A stretch of DNA of 64,000 nucleotides, from NCBI RefSeq assembly GCF_006345805.1, contig NC_042999.1, positions 45,632,001 through 45,696,000 on the forward strand. The letters are read 5' to 3'. The number at the start of each line of letters is the position of its first letter. The first letter of the stretch is position 1. Positions 62,151-64,000 of the stretch are shown here, piece by piece. The notes under the pieces are model-generated. The model made no database searches, was not told where the DNA came from, and was given only the letters and a program-made list of their open reading frames with translations. This stretch comes from Octopus sinensis. Lineage: Eukaryota. Position numbers and translations under genes: made by a program.

Positions 62151-63789
62151 AGTGTCCATTATTGTGTAATGTAGTTTTGTCCTTCCTTGATGTTCTCAAA
62201 TGTTAAATATTAGCAAGTCCTTTACTTTCAGTTTCTCTCCTTACTATGCATAACTAATGTCTAACTTTTCTTTTTGCTGGCAGATGTTATTCCTTACTCC
62301 TTCTTACCATTCAATCTTACCTGTCCTGTCTCTTTGTTATTGCTCTATATAATGTACCATTCTATCATCATCATGCCTTCCATCTTAGTGATACCATGCT
62401 TCATTCACAGATCTGATCTGTGACTTGCAAGAGATTGCCTCATAGAAACTTCCAGTTATTTTCTATATTATAAATCTCTAGCTCTTTCTCTTTACCATCA
62501 TATGTGTTGACTAGTGATTCGTTGAACTTAGATCTGGTTGAGTGAATTTTCAGCTTCCGTACCTTCATACTCTAGGTTGTCTTGTGTCTCTGAGACTATC
62601 TAACTCTTATCCTCTTTAGATTTCTTATCCTGCTTTCTGCTAATTGTGTAATTGAGGTGGTTTTTATGTTTGCCTAACTGAAAGAAGATCACGTGACTGG
62701 TTGGTTTCCTAAAATTACTGTTGCAATTGGTTTGGTCATTTCTGACAGAATGCAAAAGCCTTGATCCTCCTATTTCCTTGTGCTATATCCATAGCTTCCT
62801 ATTATACCAGAATAACTGTCATAATATTGCTAGACACATTCATCAAAGGCACCAGCTCTGGTAACAAGGTTATTGTCATTTGTTATCAAGGTAGTCTCTA
62901 AGGAGGCATTGTCTAAAAATTTGCCATTGTTTGAAATGTATGTTGTCAACAGTAACAATTTTACATAACAAAAGCTAATTAGAAATTGAATAAAATCTTA
63001 ATTTTTTAAAAAATTTACTTTACTTGCTTTTCAGTTAAGATAAAGTAAAAACAAAGATAAAGAAGAAAATTAAAAGAAGGCAAGAATTTGGAATGGCTTC
63101 TAGTTAAATTAGAAGAAAGAAAAACAATGACAAAAAGTAGAAAAACATGATATTCTGTATTTTACTTGATTTTGAAATTTTATATTTTGAAGTAAACAGA
63201 ATATAAAATGACATTTCTCTAGATTCTTTTTTTCCTCTTTAATATTTCGAATTTATCAGTTTCGGTTTTGTGCCGAATTTAGCTGCTTGTTTTTCATATA
63301 TTGAGAATATTAGAGCATGAGATTGTAAAGGCACGAAGGATTGTTTGTTGAGGAGAAAATACGAATGATATAATGATAATGATTTAGTTTATGAAATGTG
63401 AAATGATATGAATGATAGGTGATGAGGTGAGGAAGACAGAGAGAGAGAGAGAGGGGGGGAGTATGATGACTGTGTGGAATGGTGTAGTTGTTGCTGTTTG
63501 TGTTCATGAAGATGATAATAATTATGGCATAATACTACTGATGTAGTTCTTTATTAGTGGTGAGGACGATGATACTGAGTTATAAAAATGACATGTTACA
63601 CATACATGCGCTCATACACACACACATGTGTCTGCAAAAATGTAACAAATGTGCTTGTAGAAATATGTTTGTGCTTGTGTGTGCTTGCATATGTGTGTGT
63701 ATGCATAAGTTTTACCAAATGAGTTAGGAAATACATTTGCATGAAACTCTAGGCCTTCAACTCATGGTTTTTCAGATGATGATGTGATG

Positions 63790-63821
<32 letters not shown>

Positions 63822-63841
63822 GAGGTGTGCATATACATGCA

Positions 63842-63893
<52 letters not shown>

Positions 63894-64000
63894 CATGCAT
63901 CCATACATACACATATACATAAACAATCTCTATTTTATGTGTTAAGCTTTGTTGCCCTACATGTGTAAAACTAAGCACTATATATATATATATATGAACA

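Overview
AT-rich, repeat-dominated eukaryotic DNA with no host-gene exon I can recognise, so probably intergenic or deep intronic. The SINE, RTE and microsatellite content suggests a cephalopod, probably Octopus (inference from repeat recognition, not a database hit). Contents: many tRNA-derived SINEs of two families; RTE LINE pieces, two of them long; a 5'-truncated CR1/L2-group LINE with an uninterrupted 760-aa RT ORF; R4/Dong fragments in (TAA)n tracts; Tc1/mariner, hAT, foldback and Helitron/Helentron relics; and dense microsatellites. The main signal is a set of type I hammerhead ribozyme (HHR) motifs from at least four unrelated repeat families with Penelope-like (PLE) features: inverted 5'-truncated arms, 3' ends at (TA)n, and nearby GIY-YIG fragments. 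One HHR has a complete consensus fold (518-581). One family places a tRNA-like Pol III promoter directly upstream of an intact minimal HHR (30287-30499). Another family has a non-canonical CUGUCGA core. Further observations: a probable SINE/LINE partner pair sharing a 3' stem-loop with compensatory changes, a hairpin minisatellite expanding in RTE 3' UTRs, an orphan coding insert splitting a SINE, and several fold-back or template-switch structures. All coordinates were read by eye; SINE boundaries are approximate.
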